Shown: positions 1 through 8,751 of the stretch, piece by piece
How the letters are laid out: every line of letters starts with the position of its first letter
Position numbering within the stretch: the stretch's first letter is position 1
Source of the DNA: an uncultured Candidatus Saccharibacteria bacterium
Lineage (GTDB): Bacteria; Patescibacteriota; Minisyncoccia; Minisyncoccales; UBA1441
Assembly: GCA_964386365.1 (NCBI GenBank)
Contig: CAYLQR010000007.1
Location: 1-58,966 of the forward strand
Length of the DNA: 58,966 nucleotides
Direction of reading: 5' to 3'
The notes under the pieces: model-generated
Database searches by the model: none
The model's input: only the letters and a program-made list of their open reading frames with translations
Told to the model about the DNA's origin: nothing
Position numbers and translations under genes: made by a program

Positions 1-296
1 CGGGGACCAAGTTTAATAATTCTCGTATAACCGCCATTTCTCTTTTCATAACGAGAGGAAAGTTCTTTCTGAATCTTTTCTCGAGCTTCTTTAGTCAAAG
101 TTCCTTCTAAAGATCGGAGATTAGCTAAGCTATCCTTTTTCCCTTTCGTAATTAATTTCTCTGCCAAAGGAGCAATCTCTTTAGCTCTAGCTAAAGTTGT
201 CTTGATTCTTTCCTCCATAAAAAGAGAAACCAAAAGATTTCTTCTTAAAGCTTTATCTGTTCCTTTATGAGAAAAATGTCTTTTCTTAACAGCCAT
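1..296 (-). CDS. rplQ: 50S ribosomal protein L17 (bL17), truncated by window edge
   Basis: Not in ORF track (partial). Minus-strand ATG at 296 reads MAVKKRHFSHKGTDKALRRNLLVSLF...EKRNGGYTRIIKLGP, the bL17 pattern including GGYTRI. Lies directly after rpoA as in alpha operons. Confidence 0.85.
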   Translation of the reverse strand, partial: MAVKKRHFSHKGTDKALRRNLLVSLFMEERIKTTLARAKEIAPLAEKLITKGKKDSLANLRSLEGTLTKEAREKIQKELSSRYEKRNGGYTRIIKLGP

Positions 297-297
297 T

Positions 298-1257
298 TTA
301 ATCTTCTTTCAAGCTTAGTTTATGTTTCTTCAAAGCTTTTTCAATTTCCTTGACCCCTTTCTCCCCCAAGCCGTCTAGGGCCAAAAGCTTTTCTCTGCTC
401 TTAGTCAGTAAACCGGCTATTGTCTTAAAATGATTATCCGCCAAAACTGTTTTTAATCTAGAAGAAATTTTTAGATCTTCAATTTTCAGGTCTTTACTAG
501 TTAAAACCTCTTTTTCCTTAGTCGTTTTCTTCTTTCCTTTAGAAACCAATCTCGGCTTCTCTTTTTTAATCTCTTCTTCAAGATAATTCTCAAAAACAAG
601 GAAATGCTTTTCTAATACCTCTAAAGCTTGGCTCAAAGCCTGGCTTGGAGTGATTGTTCCGTCTGTAATAATACTTAGAAGAAGACGATCAAAATCTGTT
701 CTTTTCCCAACTCTCATTTGCTCCGCTCGATAAGAGACTTTAACTATTGGAGAAAATAAACTATCAATTGGAATTTCTCCAACAGCTGATTTTCCTTCTC
801 CTCTCTGTTCTACCGATTGGTAACCGACTCCCTTTTCTATCTTAAAATAACCAATCAGCTTTGCTTTTTGACTAGTCAAAGTAGCTATCTTTAAATCTGG
901 ATTAACTATTTCCACTTGAGAAGGAAGAGTAAGATCTTTTCCTGTCACTTGTTTCTTTCCTTTAATTTCAAAGCTCCCCTCTTGCGGCTCATTGCTTTCT
1001 ACTGAAAATCTTAATTGTTTGAAACGGAGAATAATTTGGACAACATCTTCCTGAATCCCAGGTAAAGTAGAGAATTCATGAGGAACTCCCTCAATTTGCA
1101 AGCTGGTAACCGCCGCTCCCTCCAAAGAAGAAAGGAGAACTCGACGTAAAGCATTGCCTAAAGTTGTTCCATACCCAGGGTAGAGACCTTCTATCTCAAA
1201 AGTAGCTTCGGAGCCCTTTTGAGAAGTAATTTTAATAGATGAAGGTAAAGGAATCAT
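298..1257 (-). CDS. rpoA: DNA-directed RNA polymerase alpha subunit
   Basis: ORF 298..1281. N-terminal domain motif GYGTTLGNALRRVLLSSL plus C-terminal domain (LSSRLKTVLADNHFKTIAGL). Start trimmed to ATG at 1257 (MIPLPSS) just after the rpsD stop at 1262. Confidence 0.93.
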   Translation of the reverse strand: MIPLPSSIKITSQKGSEATFEIEGLYPGYGTTLGNALRRVLLSSLEGAAVTSLQIEGVPHEFSTLPGIQEDVVQIILRFKQLRFSVESNEPQEGSFEIKGKKQVTGKDLTLPSQVEIVNPDLKIATLTSQKAKLIGYFKIEKGVGYQSVEQRGEGKSAVGEIPIDSLFSPIVKVSYRAEQMRVGKRTDFDRLLLSIITDGTITPSQALSQALEVLEKHFLVFENYLEEEIKKEKPRLVSKGKKKTTKEKEVLTSKDLKIEDLKISSRLKTVLADNHFKTIAGLLTKSREKLLALDGLGEKGVKEIEKALKKHKLSLKED

Positions 1258-1261
1258 AATA

Positions 1262-1891
1262 TTAACGAGAATAAAATTCAAAAATAGTAGGAATATTAGC
1301 TGGTGGATTAATTTCTTCTAAAGTTGGCCAGCGCATAATTCCTCCTTCTAAAACTTTTGGATTAATTTGAAGCCAAGTTGGGGCTTCTCTCTTTTTCAAC
1401 CTTTCTCCTACTTCTTGGAAAATAGCCATCTTTTTACTCCCTTCCTTGACTGTTACCTTATCTCCTAATTTCAAAAGATAAGAAGGACGGTCAACTTTCT
1501 TTCCATTGACTAAAAAATGGCCATGAATAACTAATTGCCGAGCTTTTCCTCGAGAATCAGCAAAAGCTAGGCGATAAACAATATTGTCTAATCGACTTTC
1601 TAATTGTTGAATTAACAATCGATCACGGCCCTCTTGAGCAGAAGACTTCAAGACTTTTTCAATATAGCGCCGAAATTGCTTTTCTTTTAAACCGTAAAAC
1701 AATCTTAACTTTTGCTTTTCCGCTAACTGGCGTCCGTATTCCGAAACTCTCCTCCTCCCCCTTGACTGATTTTCTTTTCTCGCACTGAAAGATTGACGAG
1801 CTAGAGGACACTTCGGGGTAAAACATTTGTCTCCTTTTAAGAAAAGCTTCTGACCATATCTCCGGCAAATTTTGCATTTATTATCTCTCAT
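1262..1891 (-). CDS. rpsD: 30S ribosomal protein S4 (zinc-finger type N-terminus)
   Basis: ORF 1262..1966 trimmed to ATG 1891 (MRDNKCKICRRYGQKLFLKGDKCFTPKCP), 4 nt after the rpsK stop. S4 domain RLDNIVYRLAFADSRGKARQLVIHGHFLVNG. Confidence 0.93.
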   Translation of the reverse strand: MRDNKCKICRRYGQKLFLKGDKCFTPKCPLARQSFSARKENQSRGRRRVSEYGRQLAEKQKLRLFYGLKEKQFRRYIEKVLKSSAQEGRDRLLIQQLESRLDNIVYRLAFADSRGKARQLVIHGHFLVNGKKVDRPSYLLKLGDKVTVKEGSKKMAIFQEVGERLKKREAPTWLQINPKVLEGGIMRWPTLEEINPPANIPTIFEFYSR

Positions 1892-1895
1892 AATT

Positions 1896-2348
1896 TTAGA
1901 CTCTTCTTGGTTTTGGAGGACGAACTCCTCCGTGAGGCAAAGGAGTCTTGTCTCTAATTTTCTCAATCTCTATCCCCCTAGCCGCTAAAGAACGAACAGC
2001 TGATTCTCTCCCCTTGCCAACTCCTTTAATGATAACTTCGACTCTATCAATTTTAAGTTTTTGAATAATTTCTGCTATTGCTTCAGCTACTTTTGAAGCA
2101 GCATAAGAAGTAGCTTCCTTAGCTCCTTTAAAGCCAATACTCCCAGCTGTCTTGTTTGCTAAAACATTTCCCTGAAGATCGCAAAGAGCAATCAGAGTAT
2201 TATTGTAAGAAGAATTAATGTAGACAATCGCTTTTTCCATCCCCCCCTTGTTCTTAACCGACTGGCTCTTCTCCATTGCCTTCTCAATTGCCTGCCCTTC
2301 TTTTAAAACTTCTTCTGTTGTTTGTTTAATAATCTTTTTCTTCCCCAT
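1896..2348 (-). CDS. rpsK: 30S ribosomal protein S11
   Basis: GFKGAKEATSYAA ... HGGVRPPKPRRV C-terminus; synteny S13-S11-S4. Confidence 0.96.
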   Translation of the reverse strand: MGKKKIIKQTTEEVLKEGQAIEKAMEKSQSVKNKGGMEKAIVYINSSYNNTLIALCDLQGNVLANKTAGSIGFKGAKEATSYAASKVAEAIAEIIQKLKIDRVEVIIKGVGKGRESAVRSLAARGIEIEKIRDKTPLPHGGVRPPKPRRV

Positions 2349-2351
2349 AGA

Positions 2352-2741
2352 TTACTTAGGAGCTGGAGCTTTTCTGTGTCCAGAACCAGCCGTCTGTCGA
2401 ACATTTCCTCTGACAGTCCGAGTATTAACTCTAGTTCTTTGCCCACGAACTGGGAGATGCTTCTTGTGACGCTGGCCTCGCCAGCAATTAATTAATTTCA
2501 AACGTTTAATATTGGAAATAATTTCCTGCCTTAATTTTCCCTCAACTTTGTGTTCTTTCTCAATAATTTCTTGAATCTTCTTAACTTCTTCAGCCGTCAA
2601 ATCCTTGATTCTTTTTGAAGAATCAACTTTTGCTTTAGCTAAAATATCCCGGCTCGAAGCCCGGCCAATACCAAAAATAAAAGTTAACCCAATTTCGACT
2701 TTTTTATTATCGGGGATAACTACCCCGCTTATTCTAGCCAT
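2352..2741 (-). CDS. rpsM: 30S ribosomal protein S13
   Basis: MARISGVVIPDNKKVEIGLTFIFGIG typical uS13 N-terminus; basic C-tail. Confidence 0.96.
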   Translation of the reverse strand: MARISGVVIPDNKKVEIGLTFIFGIGRASSRDILAKAKVDSSKRIKDLTAEEVKKIQEIIEKEHKVEGKLRQEIISNIKRLKLINCWRGQRHKKHLPVRGQRTRVNTRTVRGNVRQTAGSGHRKAPAPK

Positions 2742-2743
2742 AA

Positions 2744-2857
2744 TTATCCTTGTTTTTGTTTATGTCTGGGATTGCGGCAAATAACATAAATCCGCCCTTT
2801 CCGCCGAACAATTTTACAATCTTTACAAATTTTTTTAACTGAAGAGCGAACTTTCAT
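2744..2857 (-). CDS. rpmJ: 50S ribosomal protein L36
   Basis: Missing from ORF track (too short). Minus-strand ATG 2857 gives [37 protein letters not shown] stop (37 aa), the CxxC..C..H bL36 signature, between infA and rpsM. Confidence 0.93.
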   Translation of the reverse strand: MKVRSSVKKICKDCKIVRRKGRIYVICRNPRHKQKQG

Positions 2858-2889
2858 ATTATGTATTATATAGAATATGCCTTCCGAGG

Positions 2890-3108
2890 CTATAATCGAT
2901 AAATAATTCTTCCCCGACTTTGGTCATAGGGACTTAATTCTAATAAAACCTTATCTCCTGGCAGAACACGGATATGACGTCCTCGAACTCTTCCAGCCAG
3001 ATGAGCAATAATCTCTGAGCCTTCTTCTAACTGTACTTTAAAGGTAGCACTCGGTAAAGATTCAAGCACGATTCCTTGTTTCTGCCATTGCTTATTATTT
3101 TTAATCAT
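2890..3108 (-). CDS. infA: translation initiation factor IF-1
   Basis: 72 aa S1-like fold: [29 protein letters not shown]...[14 protein letters not shown]. Confidence 0.95.
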   Translation of the reverse strand: MIKNNKQWQKQGIVLESLPSATFKVQLEEGSEIIAHLAGRVRGRHIRVLPGDKVLLELSPYDQSRGRIIYRL

Positions 3109-3191
3109 TTAGAGAATGAAAGAAAAAACAAAGACCATCCTGGAAAACTCCAGTTGTCTTAGAGATAAAATAACAGATATTTTTAACTTCG

Positions 3192-4439
3192 TCAATAGTC
3201 AAGATAAACTTCAACTTCAATTCTTGAAAAATCAGCCGGGACCTTTCTCGTCCAAAAAGGTTTAATGTGGCCTTGAATTTCTTCAAACTGAGGAAAACTT
3301 TCCCGAATAATTGTCTGGACCTCACCAATTCTCTGACCGGCAATTAATTCTTTCAAATCACCCTGGCTAAACACTGGATAAACCTTGGCTGTCGCCTTAA
3401 GATTACAATCGATAATCTGTCGATCAAAATTTACTGCCAAAGGATAATAAGTAATGGTTAAGCTATCTGGGACAATTTCTTTTTCTGGTCCAACTTTTTC
3501 CTGGATTTCCTCCTTTATCAACTCTATCACTTTTTCTTCTGAAAAAACCAAGGCTTGAGAAGTAATCGATAATTGATAATCAAAATTTTCTACCTCCTCT
3601 CCTGCTTCAACAGAAGAACTTCCTTCAACAATTTCTTGAGAAAGAGCAGCCGGTAAAAAAATAAAGGTCGAACCAGCTTTTTCTTGCAAAACTGTTGCTG
3701 ATTGAGCAAAAAGATTCTCTTTTAAACTCTCTCTAGCTAATTGCAAATCCTCTTCCGTTACTTGAGCAACTGCTGCTAGCGACCCTCCAGTCATTGCACT
3801 TGAAGACTGAGCATAAATGTAATCATAGTAAAGACTTCCAGCTAAACCGGGAACGGAAAACTCATCTGAATCAATATTATAATCTGGACCAGCTTCCATT
3901 GCTACTACCCTTGTTTCAACGACACTCGGAATTAATTTCCCTCCCTCCCAATGAGCAGCCGGAAGATATAATTCTTCTGGTACTTGAAAATACTTACCCG
4001 AGCTGGAAAGGAAACGAGTCATTGGCCGGAGAGTTATCGCTTGAGCCGGACGATAAGCATTATAAACCTTAACGATTCCTTCTGCTTTTTGTCCTTTTGA
4101 AGTCTGGCCAGTAGCTGGAAAAATTTCACTTTCTTCCCGACTATCAGTTAAAAACTTTCCTTGGATGACCCCTGGTTCCCCTATTGCTTCCTCATTAACG
4201 GCTACTAAAATTTCTTTTTCCAAACTCACAAGTTGAGTCTGAGGATAAACAGTCAAATGAAAAGAGGAAAAACCAATTTGGTAAACCATCCCCCCAATGA
4301 TTAAAAGAGCTAAAATTCCTAAGCTTAGCCGCCAGTTAAAACCCTTCCTTTTCTGAGGCAACTTCTTAAGTTCCGCTTCTTTATTTTTCTCGGTCTCTAC
4401 TTCCCGAGAAGGGATAATGTCGCGAATAAGCTTAGTCAT
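3192..4439 (-). CDS. hypothetical membrane-anchored protein (single N-terminal TM, large extracytoplasmic domain)
   Basis: 415-aa ORF with a charged N-terminus, then hydrophobic span WRLSLGILALLIIGGMVYQIGF. No motif I can name confidently (faint resemblance to baseplate-J-like proteins, unverified). Confidence 0.75.
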   Translation of the reverse strand: MTKLIRDIIPSREVETEKNKEAELKKLPQKRKGFNWRLSLGILALLIIGGMVYQIGFSSFHLTVYPQTQLVSLEKEILVAVNEEAIGEPGVIQGKFLTDSREESEIFPATGQTSKGQKAEGIVKVYNAYRPAQAITLRPMTRFLSSSGKYFQVPEELYLPAAHWEGGKLIPSVVETRVVAMEAGPDYNIDSDEFSVPGLAGSLYYDYIYAQSSSAMTGGSLAAVAQVTEEDLQLARESLKENLFAQSATVLQEKAGSTFIFLPAALSQEIVEGSSSVEAGEEVENFDYQLSITSQALVFSEEKVIELIKEEIQEKVGPEKEIVPDSLTITYYPLAVNFDRQIIDCNLKATAKVYPVFSQGDLKELIAGQRIGEVQTIIRESFPQFEEIQGHIKPFWTRKVPADFSRIEVEVYLDY

Positions 4440-4479
4440 TGTTTATTATCTTAGCATTTTACTTAAAAAAACAAAAGCT

Positions 4480-6240
4480 TTACTCTAAAATAGCTCTGAT
4501 TCTTCGAATCCCCGTTCCTGAAGATTTTTCATGAGTAATTCGAAAATGGCCAAGCTCGCTTAATGATTCAACATGTGGCCCACCGCAGATTTCTCGAGAG
4601 AAGACTTCCCCGCTTGAAGAATCAAAAATTGTATAAACAAAAACTTTTTCTGGGTAAGAAGCGTTTTTTAAAAACAAGGCTTTTTCTTTTGCTTCTCTCA
4701 AATTTTCCTCTTCTTTTTTAACTGTTAAATTTTCTTGAATTCTTTCATTTACCCAAGCTTCAACTTTCTTTTTCTCTTCCTCGGTTAAAGAACGAGGAAA
4801 AGAAAAGTCAAAACGTAATCCTTCTTCCTTAATATCTGAACCTTTTTGTTCAACTTCTGGACCGAGAACAGATCGCAAAGCAGCTTGTAAAAGATGAGTA
4901 GCCGTATGCAGCCTGACTTTAGTCCTTTCTTTCTGAACATCAGTAATCCCGTGGCCACCAAACTTTTTTTCTTTCCCTTGACGAGAAGCTTCCTGATGAT
5001 TAAGCTTAGCTTCTTCAAATTCCTTTAGAGAAAAAAGATAGCCTGCCTGATCTATTTCCCTTGTAGATAAACCATAAGTTGAATAGAGTGAAAAGACTTC
5101 TTCTCCTGAAAGTTTTTTGCGACCTATCTTTTCTAATTCTTTCCACCCTTTTCGAGAAGCCTTTTTGATTCTTTCTTTCTCTTTCAAAATTACCGATTGG
5201 ACTGTTTTTTCTTTCCCTTTTAAGTGAGGATAAACAGGAAGATACTTTTCAAAAATCCATTGAAAAGCAAGCGGCCAATCTTCTTCAAAGAAACCAGCTT
5301 TCTCCCCGTTTTCTATCAACCGACGGATTAATCTTCTTAAAATATAACCTCTTCCAAGGTTACTCGGCTTGATTCCATCAGCGATTAAGAAAACAACTCC
5401 TCGAAAATGATCAGCCAAGATACGATAAGCTTCTGGAGCTTGAGAAAAACTTTTTTCTCCCTTTTTTTCCAAAAGATTCAACAGATCAGCCAGTAAATCT
5501 GTTTCAAAGACAGATGCCTTGTTTTCCAAAACCATTGTTAACCGTTCAAGCCCTAGACCGGTGTCAATTCCTTCAGCTGGCAAATTTGTCAACTTTCCAT
5601 TTTCATCTTGGAAATAACGATTAAAAACTAAATTCCATAACTCGACAAACCTTTCTTCAAGATCCTCAAGCGATTGAGGGAAAGAAGGTCCTTCTTTAAC
5701 TTGATAATAGATTTCTGTCGTTGGACCACAAGGACCAGAATCTCCAACTGGTCCCCAGAAATTATCTTCTCGACCAGAAGGAAGAATTCTTTCTTCTGGA
5801 ATTCCTTCCTCAAGCAATATCTTTTTTGTTTTTACGTCAGCTGGAGTAAGTTCATCTCCTCCAAAAAAAGTAAAAGCCATTTTTGAAAGAGAAAGATGAT
5901 AGCTCTCAGTCAATAGCTCTATCGCCCAATGAATTGTTTCCTGAGAAGAGTAATCGCCAAAACTAAAATTTCCCAACATTTCAAAGAAGGTAAGATGGGA
6001 ATTATCGCCGACTTCTTCAAGATCAGAAGTTCGGAAACATCTCTGACAAGAAGCAACCCGAGAAGAATAAGGACAATTTTCTCCAAGGAAGCAAAGCTTG
6101 AAAGGCTGCATTCCAGCCGTTGTTAGTAAAACAGAAGAATCGGGAGAAACCAAAGAATGGGAATCAACTATTTGATGATCCTTTTGTTTAAAAAAGGTTA
6201 AAAACAATTGACGGATTTTTTCGGAAGTGAACTTATCCAT
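4480..6240 (-). CDS. alaS: alanine--tRNA ligase, compact form (586 aa, no C-Ala domain)
   Basis: N-terminus KIRQLFLTFFKQKDHQIVDSHSLV..LLTTAGMQPFK, editing-domain motifs HTATHLL and CGGPHV. The protein stops right after the editing core. Confidence 0.9.
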   Translation of the reverse strand: MDKFTSEKIRQLFLTFFKQKDHQIVDSHSLVSPDSSVLLTTAGMQPFKLCFLGENCPYSSRVASCQRCFRTSDLEEVGDNSHLTFFEMLGNFSFGDYSSQETIHWAIELLTESYHLSLSKMAFTFFGGDELTPADVKTKKILLEEGIPEERILPSGREDNFWGPVGDSGPCGPTTEIYYQVKEGPSFPQSLEDLEERFVELWNLVFNRYFQDENGKLTNLPAEGIDTGLGLERLTMVLENKASVFETDLLADLLNLLEKKGEKSFSQAPEAYRILADHFRGVVFLIADGIKPSNLGRGYILRRLIRRLIENGEKAGFFEEDWPLAFQWIFEKYLPVYPHLKGKEKTVQSVILKEKERIKKASRKGWKELEKIGRKKLSGEEVFSLYSTYGLSTREIDQAGYLFSLKEFEEAKLNHQEASRQGKEKKFGGHGITDVQKERTKVRLHTATHLLQAALRSVLGPEVEQKGSDIKEEGLRFDFSFPRSLTEEEKKKVEAWVNERIQENLTVKKEEENLREAKEKALFLKNASYPEKVFVYTIFDSSSGEVFSREICGGPHVESLSELGHFRITHEKSSGTGIRRIRAILE

Positions 6241-7174
6241 TTTTAATATCCTGGCTAAGATCTTGCCAAAAGATTTTTAAATTCTTCTTCATTTGATTTT
6301 CTAAATTTTCTCGCTGCTTCGATATTCTTTTTAATTCACTCTGAGCATGAACTACTTTTCCATTAATTAAATTTCTTTCCCTCTGATAATTGTTTTCTAA
6401 ATATTTCTTTTTCCCAGTCATTTTTCCTCTTAGCCTTTCTAGGTCACGAGTAAGATTTTTTTTGTCCAATAATAACTTTCTGTTTTTTTCTGCCCAGTTT
6501 CTTTCTTCCCTATCTACTTTTTCCTTGTCTTTCAATTTCTTTTCCAAATCCCTTCTCTTTTCAGCGCATTCCAATATTTCTTTTTCCAAAAGTTCTGTTT
6601 TTCTTTTTTCTTCTTCAACTTTCCGTTTTACTATTCTTAGGTTTTGAAGAATTTTTCTTTCTTCCGATTCCAATTTCCTTTTTTCATTTAACCAATTTCT
6701 AGTTGCTCTCTCGTCTCTCTCTTCTCTTCTAACTTCTCTCTCTAAATCTCTCTTTTTAGAAAGAATTTTCTCTTTCTCTTTTTGAAGAGATTTTTCTTCT
6801 TCTTCTTTCTTCTCCTTCTCTCTTTTAACTCTATTTAATTCTCGAGAAGCATTTTTGCTTTTCAAATCCAGTCTCTTTTCCTCGTTCTGCCATGTTCGAG
6901 CCTCTATATCTAATTTTTTCTTCTCTTCTAGTTTTTTTTCTAATTCCCTTATTTCAGAATCAAGGTCTTTTTCTTTTTTTTCTAAAGACTTTTGAGACCG
7001 TTCTTGGTCTTTATCTATTATTTCTTTTTCTTTTTTCAAGGATTCTTCTGTTTTGACTAATTCTTTTTTCCAAGAATCAATTTCTTTCAGAAGTTTTTCT
7101 TCTTCTTGATGAGTCTTCCTAATTTCTTCCCTAAGTTTTCTATTTTTCTCTTGAATTTCCCTAACGTTAGACAT
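6233..7174 (-). CDS. Lys/Glu/Arg-rich coiled-coil protein with Trp-anchored internal repeats
   Basis: 313-aa ORF, ATG at 7174, overlaps the alaS start by 8 nt. Extreme K/E/R content; Trp at residues 35, 95, 161, 227, 303 within R(T/N)W.NE(K/E)(R/K)(K/R)L repeats. Confidence 0.7.
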   Translation of the reverse strand: MSNVREIQEKNRKLREEIRKTHQEEEKLLKEIDSWKKELVKTEESLKKEKEIIDKDQERSQKSLEKKEKDLDSEIRELEKKLEEKKKLDIEARTWQNEEKRLDLKSKNASRELNRVKREKEKKEEEEKSLQKEKEKILSKKRDLEREVRREERDERATRNWLNEKRKLESEERKILQNLRIVKRKVEEEKRKTELLEKEILECAEKRRDLEKKLKDKEKVDREERNWAEKNRKLLLDKKNLTRDLERLRGKMTGKKKYLENNYQRERNLINGKVVHAQSELKRISKQRENLENQMKKNLKIFWQDLSQDIKNG

Positions 7175-7210
7175 AATTTTCCGAAATTATCAAGTTCTCG
7201 CTATGGTTTT

Positions 7211-8239
7211 CTAATTAGCGATGATTCCTCCACCGACCATTTCTTCCCCTTGGTAAAAGACAGCTGACTGTCCAGGAGTCACTGCTTCCTGGGAAGATCG
7301 ACAAGAAAAGAGAGAAGAACTTTCGGGAGTAATTTCTCCTGGAAGAGGTTGAGATTGAGAACGAATCTTAATTTTCCCTTTAAAAGGAAAAGAAGGTTTT
7401 TCTCTTTGAATCCAATTGACCTCTTTAATAAAAAATTTATTTTTCATTAGATCTTCTTTTTCCGAAGAAACTAGAAGATGGTTTTGTTTAATATCTTTGC
7501 CAACAACATAAAATGGCCCCCTGGCTAAATCCAAATCTTTTCTCTGACCAAGGGTATGAAACCAGAGACCAGAATGTTCTCCAAGAAATTTCCCTTTCAA
7601 ATCAAGAATTCTTCCTGGTTTTTCCCCTAATTTCTCCTGTAAGAAATTTTTCATTTCGGTCTTTACAAAACAAAGATCTTGGCTAGTTGGACGAATAAAT
7701 TTTTCTAGTCCCCAAGTCTTAACTAGATTTTTCACCTCGGAATAAAGATAATCTCCAAGAGGAAAAAGAAGGTGAGCTAAGCGATCTTGATCTAAGGGCC
7801 AAAGAAAGTAAGATTGATCTTTCTTTCCATCCTTTGCTCGCCAAAGATGAAAACCCGATTGATCCTGGCTTTTCCTTAAATAATGACCACTAGCCACCCA
7901 AGAAAAATCAATCTCTTGGGCTTTCTGTAAAAAAAGACCAAATTTCAAACGATCATTACAAAAAATACAGGGGTTAGGAGTTAGTCCTTCCTTGTAAATC
8001 TTTAAACTCGGCCTAATAACAAGGTTCAAAAAGTGAGAGCGGAAGTCAAAGACTCTCAAGGAAAACTTCAATTTCTGAGCCACTTTCTTAGCGGCTAACT
8101 CTCCCTTCTCCGTGTTCTCGTTGTCAGCTAACTTCAAGAAAGCTCCTTCTACCTGGAAACCAGCTTTCTGGAGAAGCCCAGCCGCTACTGCTGAATCAGC
8201 TCCCCCCGAAAGGGCCACAAGAATTTTTGACTTTTTCAT
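7211..8239 (-). CDS. mnmA: tRNA-specific 2-thiouridylase MnmA
   Basis: PP-loop ALSGGADSAVAA, catalytic-Cys region NPCIFCNDRLKFG, C-terminal barrel GQSAVFYQGEEMVGGGII. Confidence 0.9.
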   Translation of the reverse strand: MKKSKILVALSGGADSAVAAGLLQKAGFQVEGAFLKLADNENTEKGELAAKKVAQKLKFSLRVFDFRSHFLNLVIRPSLKIYKEGLTPNPCIFCNDRLKFGLFLQKAQEIDFSWVASGHYLRKSQDQSGFHLWRAKDGKKDQSYFLWPLDQDRLAHLLFPLGDYLYSEVKNLVKTWGLEKFIRPTSQDLCFVKTEMKNFLQEKLGEKPGRILDLKGKFLGEHSGLWFHTLGQRKDLDLARGPFYVVGKDIKQNHLLVSSEKEDLMKNKFFIKEVNWIQREKPSFPFKGKIKIRSQSQPLPGEITPESSSLFSCRSSQEAVTPGQSAVFYQGEEMVGGGIIAN

Positions 8240-8241
8240 CC

Positions 8242-8751
8242 TTACTTTGTAAAACGATCAGCAATAGCCGAAGCAGCGTAAGATTCTGGCTTGATTTTTG
8301 CTTCGAAGCCATTGCCCTTAATAAGATTCACCACCTCTTTAATCATAATTTTAGTTTCCTTATCTCCTCCAATATCCGCGTGAATATAGCGAAAATGACA
8401 ACGAGGTTGAAGCTGAGCTTCCTCTAAAGCTTGCGTCAAATTTTCTTTTAATTCTAAAGCCACTTGGCAAGAAAGATAAACTTCTTGCAGAATACGGCTA
8501 TGAAGATCAAAAAATCTTTTCTTCTCTGGAGCAAAACGAACCTTATGGACAAAGAATCTCCCTCCCTTTCCTAAATGTCTGACAACGATTACTACTGGGA
8601 AAACCGGAGTTTCTCCAGAAGAAGAGTCACAACCGACAACAACGTCATACTCGCCTTTCGCCTCTCGAGAAACGTAAGAAACAATTTCTTGAATTACTTC
8701 TTCAAGACTTAACTCTCCTCGACTAATATTATAGAATTTCCTTTGACTCAT
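8242..8751 (-). CDS. DUF458 / YkuK-family RNase H-like protein
   Basis: YDVVVGCDSSSGE...VVIVVRHLGKGGRFF matches the YkuK pattern (Y.L.VGTDSQ ... IHRVGKGA) as I remember it. 4-nt overlap with map. Confidence 0.6.
   Translation of the reverse strand: MSQRKFYNISRGELSLEEVIQEIVSYVSREAKGEYDVVVGCDSSSGETPVFPVVIVVRHLGKGGRFFVHKVRFAPEKKRFFDLHSRILQEVYLSCQVALELKENLTQALEEAQLQPRCHFRYIHADIGGDKETKIMIKEVVNLIKGNGFEAKIKPESYAASAIADRFTK

Noticed and set aside
1892-1966. Extended starts of rpsD (1966), rplN (15056) and rpoA (1281) in the ORF track
   Set aside because: The extensions overlap the preceding ribosomal genes and add non-homologous residues. Internal Met codons give canonical N-termini. The track evidently uses longest ORFs and alternative start codons.
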